From: Pristiophorus japonicus
Taxonomy: Eukaryota
NCBI RefSeq assembly: GCF_044704955.1
Contig: NC_091979.1
Span: 319,114,001 to 319,178,000, forward strand
Length of the DNA: 64,000 nt
Direction of reading: 5' to 3'
Shown here piece by piece: positions 61,328-64,000 of this stretch; positions within the stretch are counted from its first letter, which is position 1, and the number at the start of each line of letters is the position of its first letter. Under the pieces are notes generated by a model. The model did not search any database. It was not told the origin of the DNA and was given only the letters and a program-made list of their open reading frames with translations. Both the position numbers and the translations under genes were made by a program.

Positions 61328-64000
61328 TGGGCCAGATTTTCCACTGTTTTTGCATGCATAACGCCCACTTAATGCCCATTTCACTGCTGAAATGACGTAT
61401 AACGCCCATATATCGCCCACTTAGCCACAAAGTGGAAACTGACGGGCATTTTCGGACACTTGTCGCCGAGCATTACTTTCCCCATGTGCGTAACACCGGG
61501 AAAAAATAATACCGCCCGCCCAACTTTTTTTGGGCGGAATCATCAGAATGGGCGAAATCAACGGCCACAATATCGGCCAGCGGTAGTTTCCGCATGTAAT
61601 TAACGCCGAGATTCAATAATACCGCCCGCCCATCTTTTTTTGTCGTAAAGATCACATTTGCCAAAAATAACGGGCAGGAGATCACCCAGCCTGACTTTCA
61701 CCACCTCGCACACATCTCGCCCACAATATCGTTCACCCAAAACACCGCTCAGAAAAAGTGCAACTCTTCTGACCGAATGACAGCGGTGTGGACGCCATTT
61801 TTTAAATCGCAGATCGTTTCATTCAAAAGGCTGCTTCAACTTCGGGGGAGTTTGCATTGACTCTGGAGTTCTTCTCAGGTGAAGTGACCATCTCAACAGA
61901 TATATTTTCAGACTCTGGACTATTGGGGGTTTAGTGTAGGTGTATTTTAGTGAGGAAATTATTGTTTCTGATCAATCACTATTATACTTTCATTGCAATG
62001 GGGCCAGCCATTTTTCAGCCTGCATCGATTAATACGCAGCTGCTGCAGAGTGCAGATGGCTCATTGTGTCCCCAATTTAACACATGCAAGAATGAGGAGG
62101 AGGGGTCCAGACCATACACACCCCACACTTACAGGTAAAAGAGGTTTTACCTCGACATGTCCGAGCACACCTGCCTTCGGAGAATGCACTTCCACAAGGT
62201 GGTGATCAATGAAATATGTGAGCTCATCAGGCCACATATGTAGCCTGCCATCAGGACATCAGTGTCGGTCGAGGTCAAGGTCACCGCGACACTATCTTTC
62301 TACGTGTCCGGTTCCTTTCGGGACTTCGCGGTCGAGATTTCCCTTCTATCTCACCATGCCAACCATCGCTGCATTAGATAGGTCACAGAGGCCCTGTACG
62401 CATGAAGGATGGACTTTATCAGCTTCTTCATGACCATGGAGGCTCGGACTGACAGGGCTGGAGCATTCTACCTCATTGCTAACTTCCCCAGGGTGCAGGG
62501 AGCAATACAGTGCACTCACATTTCCATGCGGCCACCTTCTCAGGACCCAGAGATTTTTCAGAACAGAAAAGGATTTCACTCCCTGAAGGTCCAACTAGTT
62601 GTCGACCACAACCAGATCATAATGGCAGTGAATGCCAAATGTCCGGGCAGCTTCGATCAGGCTCACACCCTGCGTGAGAGTGCTGTCTCTGACATCTTTA
62701 AGAGTCAGCCACAAGGATAATGTTGGATGCTTGGTGATAACTGATATGGCCTCATCACCTGGCTGATGATCCCCCTGGTGACACCCACACCGAGGCCGAG
62801 AAGTGATACAACCAGACCCACAGAGACACATGCAATGTGGTCCAGAAAACAATAACTGTGCTTAAACAGCGCTTCAGATGCCTGGACCACTCAGGAGGGG
62901 AGCTACAATCCAACACTGAGCACGTAGGTAAATTCGTGGTCGTGTGCTCCATGCTGCACAACCTGGCTATCAGGAGGGGACAAGAATTGCCAGAAGGGAC
63001 TGATGCTCCACCTCAGGAGAGAGAGGAAGAGGAGGACGAGGGGCTGGACACTGACCTAGGGCCAGACAATCAGGCTGACTATGCAACCATGCCTACGCTC
63101 CCCTCCAGACCACAGGAAAGTGCCCATGGTGGCTACATAGCTGCAAGACTCTTATGTGAAGAGCTGATATCTGAACGATTTGCCTGAGAGAACGTTGCTG
63201 TAAGTGACAACGCTGACACACTGCTGTGTGTGTGCAGCTCAGACATCAATGGTGGCCATTACCTTGGTGCCAGTTAAAGTTTACTTTGATTGAATTAAGT
63301 TTTATTTAACCCTTTCATGTTAAGGAATCACCAGTGTGTAACAGTCCAGCTATCTGAGACAATGCGCAACAAGGTTATGTTCAATAAAAAAATGTTTTTC
63401 CAACATTGGCCTGAAATCTTAAGTATCTTGGGCAAAAACACCCCATCCCCGCCCACACCCCACTTTTTTCACCATTGACATCAATCAAATATTCAACATG
63501 TCCAGCAACACAGAATACAAAGGCAAAGCAGGAGGGTGGTCCCCTCCCCCATACATTACAACAAATTGCATACACCCAGATGGAGATATAACACAGTCAT
63601 CACCTGCGGACATGCACCTCACTTTCCTTCCCACCTCCCCTTCTTCTCCCCACCTCTACCCCTTCCCCTCCTCGCTCCATGCCGCCTGGCCGAAGAGCTC
63701 CTCAGGCAGTGCCTCATTGCGGGGGGTATGAAGGCAGAGACGGTGGTTGCATGGGTACGGGAGCGGGGGGTGCCGAGGGGGGAAGATTCTCTGATCCAGA
63801 AGCAGGATCTTGGTCCTGCCTCTCATCTGTCGTTCACAGTGGTGGTGCGGAACCGAGGGATGGAGTGCCACTCTCGGGGACCACTGGGAGGCCTGTGCCA
63901 GCAGTGTTCCTGGCTATCTCCTCCAGGGCCTCTGCCATCCATGGAACGTACTCAGTCATGGTGGCCAGCTGTCGGGATATGCCCCCCAATGCATCAAGGA
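61328..64000 (+). mobile_element. PIF/Harbinger element; degenerate transposase at ~61998-63187 (+), accessory gene 3' end on -; runs off the window end
   Basis: TIR-like GGGCCAGATTTTCC; IANFPRVQGAIQCTHI...NRKGFHSLKVQLVVDH; VQKTITVLKQRFRCLDHSGG...VVCSMLHNLAI. Confidence 0.88.

Noticed and set aside
61998-63187. Domesticated HARBI1 gene (also ZMYM1-like at 39700-42220)
   Set aside because: Multiple stops/frameshifts and a TE context with TIRs; decayed transposases

Overview
Repeat-rich vertebrate genomic DNA, almost certainly from a cartilaginous fish (shark-type MHC class I protein, shark-type CR1/Penelope/Harbinger repeats; species not determinable). The only clearly intact host gene is a single-exon (intronless) MHC class I heavy-chain gene (4405-5472, minus strand) with a classical-type peptide-binding groove. 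It has an X-box/Y-box promoter with 20-bp spacing at about 6714-6755, a 40-bp VNTR between promoter and ATG, and the same G-rich minisatellite on both sides. It lies head-to-head with a disabled IFIT exon 2 (8238-13276), which is split by nested CR1 LINEs; a candidate orphan IFIT-type exon 1 lies at about 29128-29274. The remainder is mostly transposable-element debris: many CR1 LINEs, tandem L2 copies, Gypsy LTR elements, a Penelope-like element, several PIF/Harbinger elements (one complete with TIRs and TSD), a hAT element, a Tigger-like MITE, several minisatellites and one 214-N assembly gap. All calls are by eye from sequence and ORF translations; no searches were run.
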